The translations under genes were made by a program, and so were the position numbers. 64,000 nt of DNA from the NCBI GenBank assembly GCA_965219385.1, contig CBDCNM010000002.1:1730936-1794935 (forward strand). The letters run 5' to 3'. How positions within the stretch are numbered: position 1 is the first letter of the stretch; each line of letters starts with the position of its first letter. Of the stretch, positions 19,755-28,894 are shown in pieces. The DNA comes from Candidatus Latescibacterota bacterium. Its GTDB lineage: Bacteria; Latescibacterota; UBA2968; UBA8231. The notes below the pieces were generated by a model that saw nothing but the letters and a program-made list of their open reading frames with translations, had not been told where the DNA came from and ran no database searches.

Positions 19755-21019
19755 ATGATCGCAACTATTGATACTCAGCACCCAGAGCGCACGCCGCCAC
19801 AGGCCATCGAGATAGAACAGGCAGTATTGGGGGCGATGATGCTTGAGCAGTGCGCCATCGGCCACGCCATCGAAATCCTCGACCCAAGCTGCTTTTACAA
19901 TACTTCGCATAGCCGGATCTTCGAGGTCATGCTCAGCCTCTACGAACGCGGCGTGGCCGTCGATCAGTTCACCTTAGCCGAAGAGCTCAAGCGCCGCAAC
20001 CAACTCGATGAGGTCGGCGGAGCCGTCTATCTAGCCAAGCTAGCCGCCCAGGTCACCACCGCTGCCAACATCGACGTCCACGCTCGGATCGTCCTGGAAA
20101 AGGCACTCAGCCGCCGGCTCATCGAGACCGCCAGCGACATCATTGAGCAAGCCTACAAAGGCAGCGAGGACATGCTGGAGCTAATCGACAACGCTGAGCA
20201 GCGTCTTTTTACCATTAGCGAAAACTGGATCGAAGGCGATATTGAGCCATTAGAGGAGCTCATGTACGACGCGCTCGAACAGAGTAAGCGTGTCCACATC
20301 TCTGGGATAGAGACCGGGTTTGTCGATCTCGACGCGTTGACCTCCGGCCTTCAAAAGGGCGATCTGATCGTGCTGGCAGCGTGCCCAAGCGTAGGCAAGA
20401 CGGCACTGGCGCTGACCTTGGCGCGCAACGCGGCGGTGGAGGCCGGGATCGGGGTGGTGATCTTCAGCCTGGAAACGTCCAGGATGGAGCTGGCCCGGCG
20501 CCTGATCAGCGCCGAGACCCGGGTCGATCTGCACAAGCTGCGCACCGGCCGGCTCCGCGACGACGACTGGATGCGCCTGACGCGCAAGGCCGGCCGCCTG
20601 GCCCAGGCGCCGATCTACATTCTTTACAACTGATGAGCGGACAGGTGGGGACCCCCAGCCGCGAGCAGGAAATCGCGCCCATCTCGCGCGACCTGAAGGC
20701 CCTGGCCCAGGATCTGGACGTGCCGGTGCTGGTGCTGTCGCAGCTGTCGCGCGCGGTGGAAAGCCGACCGGACCGGCGGCCTCAGTTGTCGGACCTGCAG
20801 GAGTCGGGGATCGAGCAAGCTGCCGACGTAGTGATGTTCGTTTACCGACCCGATATGTACGGCCTCAAGGCCCCCGACGGCGGCAGCCTCGAGGGCATCG
20901 CCGAGATCATCATCGCCAAGCAGCGCAACGGCCCCACAGGCTCGGTCCACCTGATGTGGAACGCCGAGAGCGCGACCTACGAGCCGCTTGTGCCTAGAAG
21001 TGGTTTCATAACCGTCTAA
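19755..21019 (+). pseudogene. dnaB: Replicative DNA helicase DnaB paralog, frameshifted by an internal deletion and 3'-disrupted by an IS end
   Basis: PPQAIEIEQAVLG, LAACPSVGKT and FSLE; at ~20620 the DDTPG...VVDY segment present in the 40972 copy is missing and the frame shifts to LQLMSG...LSQLSR...KQRNGPTG. Confidence 0.9.
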
Positions 21020-21430
21020 GGGACGATCAACAGACAGGCGAGATTAACAAAGGCTTGATACATTTCAATATGATACTCCCACCGTACCACCCGCCGTCGA
21101 AAGTTGCCCCCCCATGCGAAGGTGCATTCGACTTTCCATCGTCTCTTGTAACGACGCAACGATCGTCCATCTTGCGTTGGCGGTTTCGTTCGATTTTTCC
21201 GATGAGGACAGATCAATTCAATCCCGCGTCGCGCCCATCGAGCCCGTAGCGGATCCGAATCGGCGGCCTTGTCGTAGATCAAGCGGGTCGGATTTTTTCG
21301 CGGCCGACCACGGCCGGGGCGCGGCACACCGACCCGCTCCAAGGGTCCAGGAGTAAACGACGGCCATTCAACGAGTTGCTTCAATACTTCGCCATGGAGC
21401 GAGTCCTCTACTGGCCTCCGAGCGGCGGCT
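20994..21430 (-). mobile_element. IS5-family transposase remnant (C-terminal part plus one end)
   Basis: GRGRPRKNPTRLIYDKAADSD...YKRRWKVECTFAW...RRRVVRWE; CTAG plus end-like GAAGTGGTTTCATAACC at 20994-21013. Confidence 0.8.
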
Positions 21431-21634
21431 GGCACCAGAAGAGGAGTTTTAGCTTGGTCGGCACCGTGGGAGGAGTGTGTCACTTTATCCAACGAGCCGT
21501 TTACGCACATCCCCAAGGAACCCAACCACCCTTCTTGACGTCCACTTGAGATAAGAGGGTTAGAGCCGGCAGCGCTGCGGGCGGAATGCCCTTTTGACGT
21601 GTCATGGATAGCGCCGTAATGAAGGAGGGCTCCA

Positions 21635-22435
21635 ATGCATACCAAATGTTCCATTCTTTTCGTCCTGTTGGCCCTGGTCTTTGCCGCCTGTGAAGATCCG
21701 GCGGGACCGAGCAAGCCCAAGTACATCGAGATACGGGAAGTAACCGTCGGCCCCGCTCTGGCCAAATGCTACGGCGTCGGCCTACAGTCCTGCATGGTGA
21801 TCGACGGCTCATTTTTCTACGACGGCATCGAGGGCTTCGATTTCGAAGCGGGCTACGACTATCGTCTGCGGATCGGGGTATACGACCCCTGGGATGGAAA
21901 GGAACCGCCGCAGGATGCCGGGCGCTACGCTTATCGTCTGCTGGAGCAACTGGAAAAAACCCGCGCTTCCTCCACTCCCGTGACTTTGTCTGTGGGACCG
22001 ACGCGGGTAAAATGCGCCCGGGTCGACGACTTCTGTCTGCTGCTCAACGGCGCGCCCTACGATGATATGATCACCAACTTCGATTACGAGGCCGGGTACC
22101 ACTATACCCTCGATGCAAACAAATACGGCGATGGCCGCTATGTATTGAATGAAATCAGCTCAAAAACCGAAACGACGGGTACGGAAGAAGAGGAAATAAC
22201 CGTGGGGCCGCACAGGATCAAGTGCGACGACAACTACCCGGTTTACTGCAACGTGGTCAATGGTGCAGCGCTCCGCAGTGAAATCGTGGATTTCCAGCCC
22301 TGGCACAACTATAGCTACCGCCTGCGAGTCGAAAGATTCAGCATGTTCACCAGTGGCATGACCCCTTCGTCAGCCAATATTCCCACCTACGGCTATCGCT
22401 GGTTGGAAACCCTCGAGCGCAATTCCAACAATTGA
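21635..22435 (+). CDS. Lipoprotein with three DUF4377-like repeats
   Basis: Lipobox VFAAC; three units TVGP...C...C...I(E)GF(D)FEAGYDY.L. Confidence 0.75.
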   Translation: MHTKCSILFVLLALVFAACEDPAGPSKPKYIEIREVTVGPALAKCYGVGLQSCMVIDGSFFYDGIEGFDFEAGYDYRLRIGVYDPWDGKEPPQDAGRYAYRLLEQLEKTRASSTPVTLSVGPTRVKCARVDDFCLLLNGAPYDDMITNFDYEAGYHYTLDANKYGDGRYVLNEISSKTETTGTEEEEITVGPHRIKCDDNYPVYCNVVNGAALRSEIVDFQPWHNYSYRLRVERFSMFTSGMTPSSANIPTYGYRWLETLERNSNN

Positions 22436-22462
22436 TCCGCTCTTGAGAGACGACGAATGACG

Positions 22463-22506
22463 ATCGGCTGGCCTGGATAAATCAGGCCAGCCGATTTTTT
22501 GTTTTT
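22463..22506 (+). terminator. Rho-independent terminator
   Basis: 13-bp stem ATCGGCTGGCCTG/CAGGCCAGCCGAT followed by a T-tract. Confidence 0.85.
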
Positions 22507-22659
22507 CGGGTCCGTGTATTGTCAATATTTCCTTAAGAAAATCTCTCCTTTTCAAAAGTTTGGCCTGTGTTTTGCTATGCCGCAGGGAGTGCAGGACCCG
22601 CCCGACGGGCTGCGAAGCAAGAAAAGAAGCACTGTGAATCTCACCCAAAGGAGACCAAG

Positions 22660-23214
22660 ATGGGAAACCTGACCCCCGAAGCCGAGGAGTTTCTGGTGAA
22701 GTACTACATGGAGCCCGAGAAAACCTGGCTGGCGCTGGCCATCGGACAGGTACTGCCGAAGCTGCGAAAGGCAATAGTATCCTCGTTTTTGACCGAACTC
22801 GATGAGAGCGTAAAAATAGAACTCCTGGACCGCGGCCTTGACCGTCACTGGGAAACAGAAATCGCGGAAACGAATCTGGAATTGCGAGGAGGCGATAATC
22901 TCTACTTGATCACCATGGAGAACCCAAAGACCGAAATATGTCTCTTCTACGAAGGGAGGGATCTGGCCATAGGAATATACCCACGAGACAAGGCTTTCCC
23001 GCCGGCGAATGTTTTCGGAGGCTATTTGAAGGACATGCCTCTGAGGAGCAATAATTATTGGTGTTGGTGGTTCTATCCGGAAGTAAATCACAAAAGCTTT
23101 GATTCACTGATCACGGTGCACGACGATGACGAGCTCAGATGCAAGAAGATCGCCTATTTCACGGAGATTTTGGTGGTTCCTGCGGAGGCCATTTCGAGGG
23201 CACTGGGAATTTGA
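22660..23214 (+). CDS. Hypothetical protein, paralog A
   Basis: AAGGAG RBS; MGNLTPEAEEFLVKYY...TWLALAIGQ; similar to 23400-23933. Confidence 0.75.
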   Translation: MGNLTPEAEEFLVKYYMEPEKTWLALAIGQVLPKLRKAIVSSFLTELDESVKIELLDRGLDRHWETEIAETNLELRGGDNLYLITMENPKTEICLFYEGRDLAIGIYPRDKAFPPANVFGGYLKDMPLRSNNYWCWWFYPEVNHKSFDSLITVHDDDELRCKKIAYFTEILVVPAEAISRALGI

Positions 23215-23399
23215 AGGTGGGGGTTCTGGCCCGCCTGATTCGCCCCGACAAAAAATTTCTTCACCTTTGGGCTTGTCGAAAGAAAAATTCTTTTTCATCT
23301 TTCTGGCCTGTGGTTTTCTTTTGACCTAAGTTGCGGCTCGCCGGCCGCATTCGCAGAGCACGAGGAGGAAGCCATAAATCTCATGCAAAGGAGAGCGAA

Positions 23400-23933
23400 A
23401 TGAGAACCTTAACGCCCGAGGAAAAGAAGTTCCTGGTAGATTACTGCATGGAACGCAAGGAGAATACCTGGCTCGCACTGGCAATTGGTCAGATACAACC
23501 GGAGCTACGAAAGGCAATTGTGTCCCCATTTCTGAAGGAACTCGATGAGAGTATCAGAGAAAAACTTGAAGAGTGCCATCACTGCCAATGGGAAACAAAA
23601 ATCCCGGAAACGAATCTGGAAGGGAACTCGATCCCGATCTATATTATGACGGTTCGAGGGATCGAAATGCAGCTCCGTGTATGGGGAGGGGGATACTTGT
23701 TGGTAGGACCACCAAAGGAGCTTGACCTCGGACGGGATGAGATCGTAGCAGGTTTGAACGTCAAGCTACTCAGCAATAATAAGGCGTGGTGGTTCAATGC
23801 GGAAAGGCACATCAAGAGCTTTGAAGACCTGAGCACACTTAGCGACGACGAGGTCAGGCGCGAAAAGATCGAGTACTTCACACACATTTTCGTGTGCCTT
23901 GCGAAGAACATTTCGAAGGCACTGGAGGCATGA
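23400..23933 (+). CDS. Hypothetical protein, paralog B, coupled to the downstream nuclease
   Basis: AAGGAG RBS; MRTLTPEEKKFLVDYC...TWLALAIGQ; ATGA overlap with the next gene. Confidence 0.75.
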   Translation: MRTLTPEEKKFLVDYCMERKENTWLALAIGQIQPELRKAIVSPFLKELDESIREKLEECHHCQWETKIPETNLEGNSIPIYIMTVRGIEMQLRVWGGGYLLVGPPKELDLGRDEIVAGLNVKLLSNNKAWWFNAERHIKSFEDLSTLSDDEVRREKIEYFTHIFVCLAKNISKALEA

Positions 23934-24688
23934 AGATGGTCACCCATACGAATCTCAAGCAAGAGACTCCGCGGTTCTTCGAGGGCGCCAGGCAAGGCCT
24001 TCAGGTTCTGAGGCCAGTCATAGCTGAACTTGACCGCCACCTGGCTCGCCGGTTCAGCACCTTCAAGTACATCCATCTAGATGAAAACCGTATGTCCGAT
24101 GTGCTGGCTGACCTGCTTCGCCCCGACTCCGAGCATGGGCAGGGCGACCTGTTCCTGGCCGCTTTCGTGAATCACTTGCGGAAGGACGAAGCAACGAAGT
24201 CAGGGATGAAGAAGCGGATTCTGCGGGATGGTTCCACCTGGTCGCACGTGCGGGTCTACCGGGAAGCGCTGACAACCCACATCGACGCCTGGAACAGGAG
24301 AATCGATATCGAGATCAGCATGACGGTCGACCGGAAACGGGTTGGAATTGCGATTGAAAACAAGCCGAGTGCGGAGGATCAACCGGCGCAGTTGGACCAC
24401 TACGCCGAACACCTGGATAGTAAATACAAGGGACGATACCTGCTGTTATATCTGACCCCCGACGGAAAGCCGCCAGAGCCTAAGAGCCTTACACAAGAGC
24501 GACAAACCGAACTGGGTGATCACTTCGCCTGCGTGAGCCTGGTGAAATGGGCACAGGGGTGGCTGCAGGAGGCCGAGAATCAAGTGAGCGCCAGCTACGT
24601 GCAGCGGTTCGTTGCCGACTTCAGGCAAGTCCTTCTCCAGAGGTACGCGGATTCCGAGACGGAACCATACTTGTCCATACTCGCGTAG
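23930..24688 (+). CDS. PD-(D/E)XK nuclease family protein (PDDEXK_4-like)
   Basis: ENRMSDVLADLLRP..EHGQG, RRIDIEI, IAIENK, DQPAQLDHY, LLYLTPDG. Confidence 0.85.
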   Translation: MKMVTHTNLKQETPRFFEGARQGLQVLRPVIAELDRHLARRFSTFKYIHLDENRMSDVLADLLRPDSEHGQGDLFLAAFVNHLRKDEATKSGMKKRILRDGSTWSHVRVYREALTTHIDAWNRRIDIEISMTVDRKRVGIAIENKPSAEDQPAQLDHYAEHLDSKYKGRYLLLYLTPDGKPPEPKSLTQERQTELGDHFACVSLVKWAQGWLQEAENQVSASYVQRFVADFRQVLLQRYADSETEPYLSILA

Positions 24689-24694
24689 CTAGCC

Positions 24695-24726
24695 GCGACA
24701 TGATCTGTCGCACCCCCGGGTAGGTT
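24695..24726 (+). promoter_or_regulatory. WYL-box motif copy 3
   Basis: GCGAC-atgatct-GTCGC, 9 bp, TAGGTT. Confidence 0.7.
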
Positions 24727-24832
24727 CACCCGTTGCCCACAGGCGAACCCATTCCCCGGAGGCGCGACGAAACCCACCTGACGCCGTAGCCTCGACGAGC
24801 ACGGCATCACCTTCCTCTCCGGCCCCATCGAC
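24727..24832 (+). pseudogene. Leader and 5' remnant of a clpP copy
   Basis: Matches ~42469-42590 (CGAACCCATTCCCCGGAGG...CTCGACGAGCACGGCATCA.CTTCCTCTCCGGC); start codon lost. Confidence 0.75.
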
Positions 24833-24837
24833 ACCCT

Positions 24838-25053
24838 CTTCCTGAAGGCGTGTGCGAAGCGGCCTCATGTGTCAACCATTCCCGGCAGATTCTCCTGGAC
24901 CATCCAGCGACTATTGCAAGGCCCCCTTCTCGGTCCGGTAGCATCGAGCTTCCGGTAGCCCTTGGTCGCAAGCGCGGTCAGCCGGGCGACCTTGGCGGAA
25001 TTGATCCCCTCGTAAAAAAATTTCTGCCTGCGACGCGATCTGTCGCACCTCCT
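24838..25053. repeat. 216-bp direct repeat copy B, ending in WYL-box copy 4
   Basis: Near-identical to 19189-19404. Confidence 0.95.
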
Positions 25054-25062
25054 GGATAAGTT
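25030..25062 (+). promoter_or_regulatory. WYL-box motif copy 4
   Basis: tGCGAC-gcgatct-GTCGCa; TAAGTT 10 bp after GTCGC; GAGGTG RBS and ATG at 25095. Confidence 0.78.
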
Positions 25063-25094
25063 CATCTCTTACTACAAATAGAAAGAGGTGTGCA

Positions 25095-25571
25095 ATGCGC
25101 AGCAGCTTTTCTGTTTTGTTCGCTCTATTAGCCTTTGGCCTTGTCGCCTGCGAAGGTCCGGTGGGGCCGATGGGACCGGCGGGACCCCAAGGCGAAATTG
25201 GACCCCAAGGGCCGCAAGGCGAAACCGGACCGCCCAGGGAAGGGGTCATCATCGAGTGGAGTCTGTCCAATTCTTCCTATGACGAGGACGGCAGCATCCT
25301 CATAGAGGATGACCGGATAACCCCAACAACCTTCCAAGCCCTTTACCTCACAGACTTTGGACCTGACCAAGTAGCATACATGCCGCTTGACTATCTCATA
25401 GTGTTTGTGGTATCGCTCGCACCCGAAGAGGATGAGTGGGAGACACCGATCCTCGCCATCGCTGAGGGTATGCTCGTGATCGTAGATCCTAACAAAGATC
25501 TCCTGGCTACCGCGCTAGAATCTTTTCTTGAGGGGGTGGATGTCGACCTGGCGATTTTGGTGTCACAGTAA
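25095..25571 (+). CDS. Collagen-like (Gly-X-Y) lipoprotein
   Basis: Lipobox LVAC followed by GPVGPMGPAGPQGEIGPQGPQGETGPP and an acidic globular domain. Confidence 0.8.
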   Translation: MRSSFSVLFALLAFGLVACEGPVGPMGPAGPQGEIGPQGPQGETGPPREGVIIEWSLSNSSYDEDGSILIEDDRITPTTFQALYLTDFGPDQVAYMPLDYLIVFVVSLAPEEDEWETPILAIAEGMLVIVDPNKDLLATALESFLEGVDVDLAILVSQ

Positions 25572-26476
25572 GAGGCCCTAACAAAACTCTTTGAGGTACT
25601 TCCAACAGATGAGAATACATCCGATGTCGAGAAAGGCTTCATGGAGATCACCTCGTCGCTCCCAGCGGACTCGAAGCCGACGGAATTGGTGCAACCATGC
25701 CAACGTTCGTTCCACCACCCACCGATAGACGCCCAAGCCGCTGCCGTGGGCTTGCCCTCGCCGAGCCAACACCGAGCCGATGCCCCGCTTACGCAAGGCG
25801 CGCCGATGGGCTTGCGAATCATAGGCCCGATCCCCTTGCACCCGATCCGGCCGACGACGCGGGCGGCCGACCCGACCGGCCACCGGGGGTATGCGATCCA
25901 CCAACGGCAACAGCTGCGTCACATCATGCCGATGGGCCCCCGTCACCCCCGCCGCCAACGGCACCCCTTGGGCATCGGTGATTACATGGTGTTTGCTACC
26001 GGGTTTGCCGCGGTCCGTCGGATTGGGACCGGTGTGCGCCCCCCCCCAACCGCCCGCACCGAGGCACTATCGACCACCGCACGAGACCAATCAATCCGGT
26101 CGGCGGCCCTCAGTCGGTTCAACAGGATATGATGGACTCTTTTCCAGACCCCGGCTTGTTGCCAAGCGTGCAGGCGACGCCAACAGGTCATCCCCGAACC
26201 GCACCCCATCTCTTGAGGCAAATACTCCCAAGGGATACCCGTCTTGAGCACAAAGAGAATGCCGGTCAGCACCCTACGGTTATCCAGCCGAGGCCGCCCC
26301 CCTTGGGGGCCAACGGTTACGGGGGGCAAAACCGGTTCAATCAAGGCCCATAACCCATCGTCGAGTAACGGCTTGGCCATCAAAAACACCTCCATATCAA
26401 GACGGTAGAAGCAATACCGAAGAGGATAAGAATATAATGAAGCCTATACGCGATTCCAAGGTTTTGTTAGAGACTC
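25572..26476 (-). mobile_element. Complete IS5-family insertion sequence (905 bp, two-ORF type)
   Basis: Inverted repeats GAGGCCCTAACAAAAC / GTTTTGTTAGAGACTC; TAA target duplication at 25569-25571 and 26477-26479. Confidence 0.92.
25578..26380 (-). CDS. IS5-family transposase, orfA/orfB joined by a frameshift near the G/C run at ~26039-26047
   Basis: orfA: GGRPRLDNRRVLTGILFVLKTGIPW; orfB: GDRAYDS and RWVVERTLAWL..FRRLRVRWER. Confidence 0.88.
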
Positions 26477-26522
26477 TAAGTACCGGGTCATATAGTGTGC
26501 AGCATCATTCGAGGAGGAAGCC

Positions 26523-28601
26523 ATGCTCAGCGCCTACGAACGACAGATTCTTTTTTTCTACCTCTCCAACGCCGCCGCGTGCCTGAACCGCGCCGGCCCG
26601 GAAGCGAGGGAACTAGCCGAGTGGGTCGCCGAGAACCGCGACCTGCTGGCGCTTGAGGACGAGAGCGAAGAGCCGGGCATGTACCACGAAAAAAAGCTGT
26701 CCGCGCGGGAATGGCAGCACCTGCGGGAGACCCTCGAGGGCGGGTACTCGGCAGCCGGCGAAGGGGCGCGGGAAGACCGCACGGCGCGGCGGCTCCAGAG
26801 GCTCGGACGGGAGATGGACCTCGCGCCGGAGGACGTCGCGGTCCTCGAGATCCTGCTACGCTACCACGCGCAGCCGGCCGTCGAGTCGCTAATCGACTCC
26901 GTTTTTTGCTCCGGATCGAGATTCCGGCGGGGTCGGAAGGGGGTTTTCAACATCACAAGCCCCCACCTGCCCTGCGTCCTCGGCGTATCGGCCGGCGCGC
27001 TCCGCGCCCGCTTCGCGGCCGATGCGCCGCTCGTGAAGTCGGGGCTCGTATCCGTCGACGACGACGGCGAGGTCGAGGTCGTCAAGCGACTGCACCGGCT
27101 GGTCTCCGTCCCGGACCGCGGCGACCTCGACGTGCAGCGCCTGCTGCTCGACGCGGCGACCCCGGGCGAACTGGAATGGACGGACTTCGACCACGTGGCG
27201 GAGGACCGCGACCACATCGAAAAGATGCTCAAGGGCGCGCTGCGCACCGGCGCCCGGGGCGTGAACGTCCTGGTGTACGGACCGCCGGGGACCGGCAAGA
27301 CCGAGTTCTGCAAGACCCTGGCCGCCCGGCTCCAGGCGAACCTCTACAGTGTCGGCGAAGAGGACGACCACGGCGGCGATCCCAACCGGCACGAGCGGCT
27401 CCAGGAACTCCAGCTCGCCCAGCGCCTGCTGGCTCCGGGCCGCGGGGCGGTCCTGCTCTTCGACGAGATGGAGGACGTGCTCTCGGACCCGGGCTCGGGC
27501 TGGATGCCGTTCTCTCCGCTCGGCTTCTCCCCGCTCCGGGCCGGCGGCTCCAAGGTGTTCCTGAACCGGCTGCTCGAACGCGCGCCGGTGCCCACGCTGT
27601 GGACCTCGAACGCCGCCCGGCAGACCTGCCAAACCGTCCTGCGCCGCATGACCTTCGCCCTGGAGCTGCGCCGGCCCCCGCCTCGGGTCCGGGCGCGCAT
27701 CTGGGGGCGGGAACTGGCGCGCCACGGCATCGAAGCGACAGAGGAGAATGCGTGCTCCCTGGCCAGGGAGTTCGACGTGGCGCCGGGTGTAGCGTCTGGG
27801 GCCATCGCTGCCGCGCGCCTCTGTGGCGGCGACCTCGCCGCGGTGCGCCGCGGCGTGCGCAGCCTGTCCCGGGTAATTGTGGGCGAGACGCCGCCCGCGG
27901 AGCAGGGGACGCCGGAGAGATTCGACCCTGCCCTGACCCAGGCCGACATTGACCCGGTCGGATTCGCGGAACGCCTCGCCAAAAACCGTGGCAAGCGGTT
28001 CTCCCTCTGTCTGCAAGGTCCGCCCGGCACCGGCAAGAGCGCCTTCGTCCGCTACCTGGCCGAACAACTCGGCCTTCAGGTCACCCAAAAGCGGGCCTCC
28101 GACCTGATGTCGATGTGGGTCGGAGAAACCGAACAGCGGATCGCCGCCGCCTTCGCCGAGGCGCGCGCCGAAGGCTCCATCCTCGTCTTTGACGAGGCCG
28201 ACTCCCTGCTCGCCGACCGCCGCGGCGCCGTGCGGTCCTGGGAGGTCAGCCAGGTCAACGAAATGCTGACCTGGATGGAGAGCCACCCCCTGCCCTTCGC
28301 GTGCACGACCAACTTCGGCGAACACCTCGACCCGGCCACCTTGCGCCGCTTCACCTTCAAGATTGCGCTCGACTATCTCACCCCCGACCAGTCGCAAGCG
28401 GCGTTCCGCACCTATTTCGCGCTCGAGGCTCCGAACGAAGTTGAAGACCTGACCAACCTGACTCCCGGAGATTTCGCGGTTGTCCACCGAAAAGCCGAAA
28501 TCCTCGGCCACCTGCAAGCCCCGAAGGCTCTCGCCGAATTGCTGCGGGCAGAGTGTGAAGCCAAGCCGAACCACTCGCGCAAGATGGGCTTTTGTCGTTG
28601 A
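26523..28601 (+). CDS. Tandem-domain AAA+ ATPase
   Basis: Two complete modules: GPPGTGKT/LLFDEMED and GPPGTGKS/LVFDEADS; GAGGAGG RBS; C-terminal MGF motif. Confidence 0.92.
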   Translation: MLSAYERQILFFYLSNAAACLNRAGPEARELAEWVAENRDLLALEDESEEPGMYHEKKLSAREWQHLRETLEGGYSAAGEGAREDRTARRLQRLGREMDLAPEDVAVLEILLRYHAQPAVESLIDSVFCSGSRFRRGRKGVFNITSPHLPCVLGVSAGALRARFAADAPLVKSGLVSVDDDGEVEVVKRLHRLVSVPDRGDLDVQRLLLDAATPGELEWTDFDHVAEDRDHIEKMLKGALRTGARGVNVLVYGPPGTGKTEFCKTLAARLQANLYSVGEEDDHGGDPNRHERLQELQLAQRLLAPGRGAVLLFDEMEDVLSDPGSGWMPFSPLGFSPLRAGGSKVFLNRLLERAPVPTLWTSNAARQTCQTVLRRMTFALELRRPPPRVRARIWGRELARHGIEATEENACSLAREFDVAPGVASGAIAAARLCGGDLAAVRRGVRSLSRVIVGETPPAEQGTPERFDPALTQADIDPVGFAERLAKNRGKRFSLCLQGPPGTGKSAFVRYLAEQLGLQVTQKRASDLMSMWVGETEQRIAAAFAEARAEGSILVFDEADSLLADRRGAVRSWEVSQVNEMLTWMESHPLPFACTTNFGEHLDPATLRRFTFKIALDYLTPDQSQAAFRTYFALEAPNEVEDLTNLTPGDFAVVHRKAEILGHLQAPKALAELLRAECEAKPNHSRKMGFCR

Positions 28602-28894
28602 CTTCACTTCAAGACGGTGAGCTTGCATACACTTCGGCTGATGGCACGCTGATAGTAACTATTGTCGATTTTAATGACGAAAGAAAGGCATACTTCCAAA
28701 AAATTTATGAAGTGGAAAAATCCGACTTCAAAAAGTATAAGACGATCTTGGGCGGCGAAGTTTGGGGACATGTGATTATACTTAGCCAATCGGAGGTAGA
28801 ACAGTACGGTAGTGATATACACGCCAAAATGAAGCTAAAATTTGAGACAGAGGGAGGTACGAATTTCGAGGATGAGGATTCTTTCTTTCTTTAG
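28602..28894 (+). pseudogene. Low-GC 3' gene fragment
   Basis: Open frame without a credible start or RBS; abrupt GC drop after the AAA stop. Confidence 0.35.
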
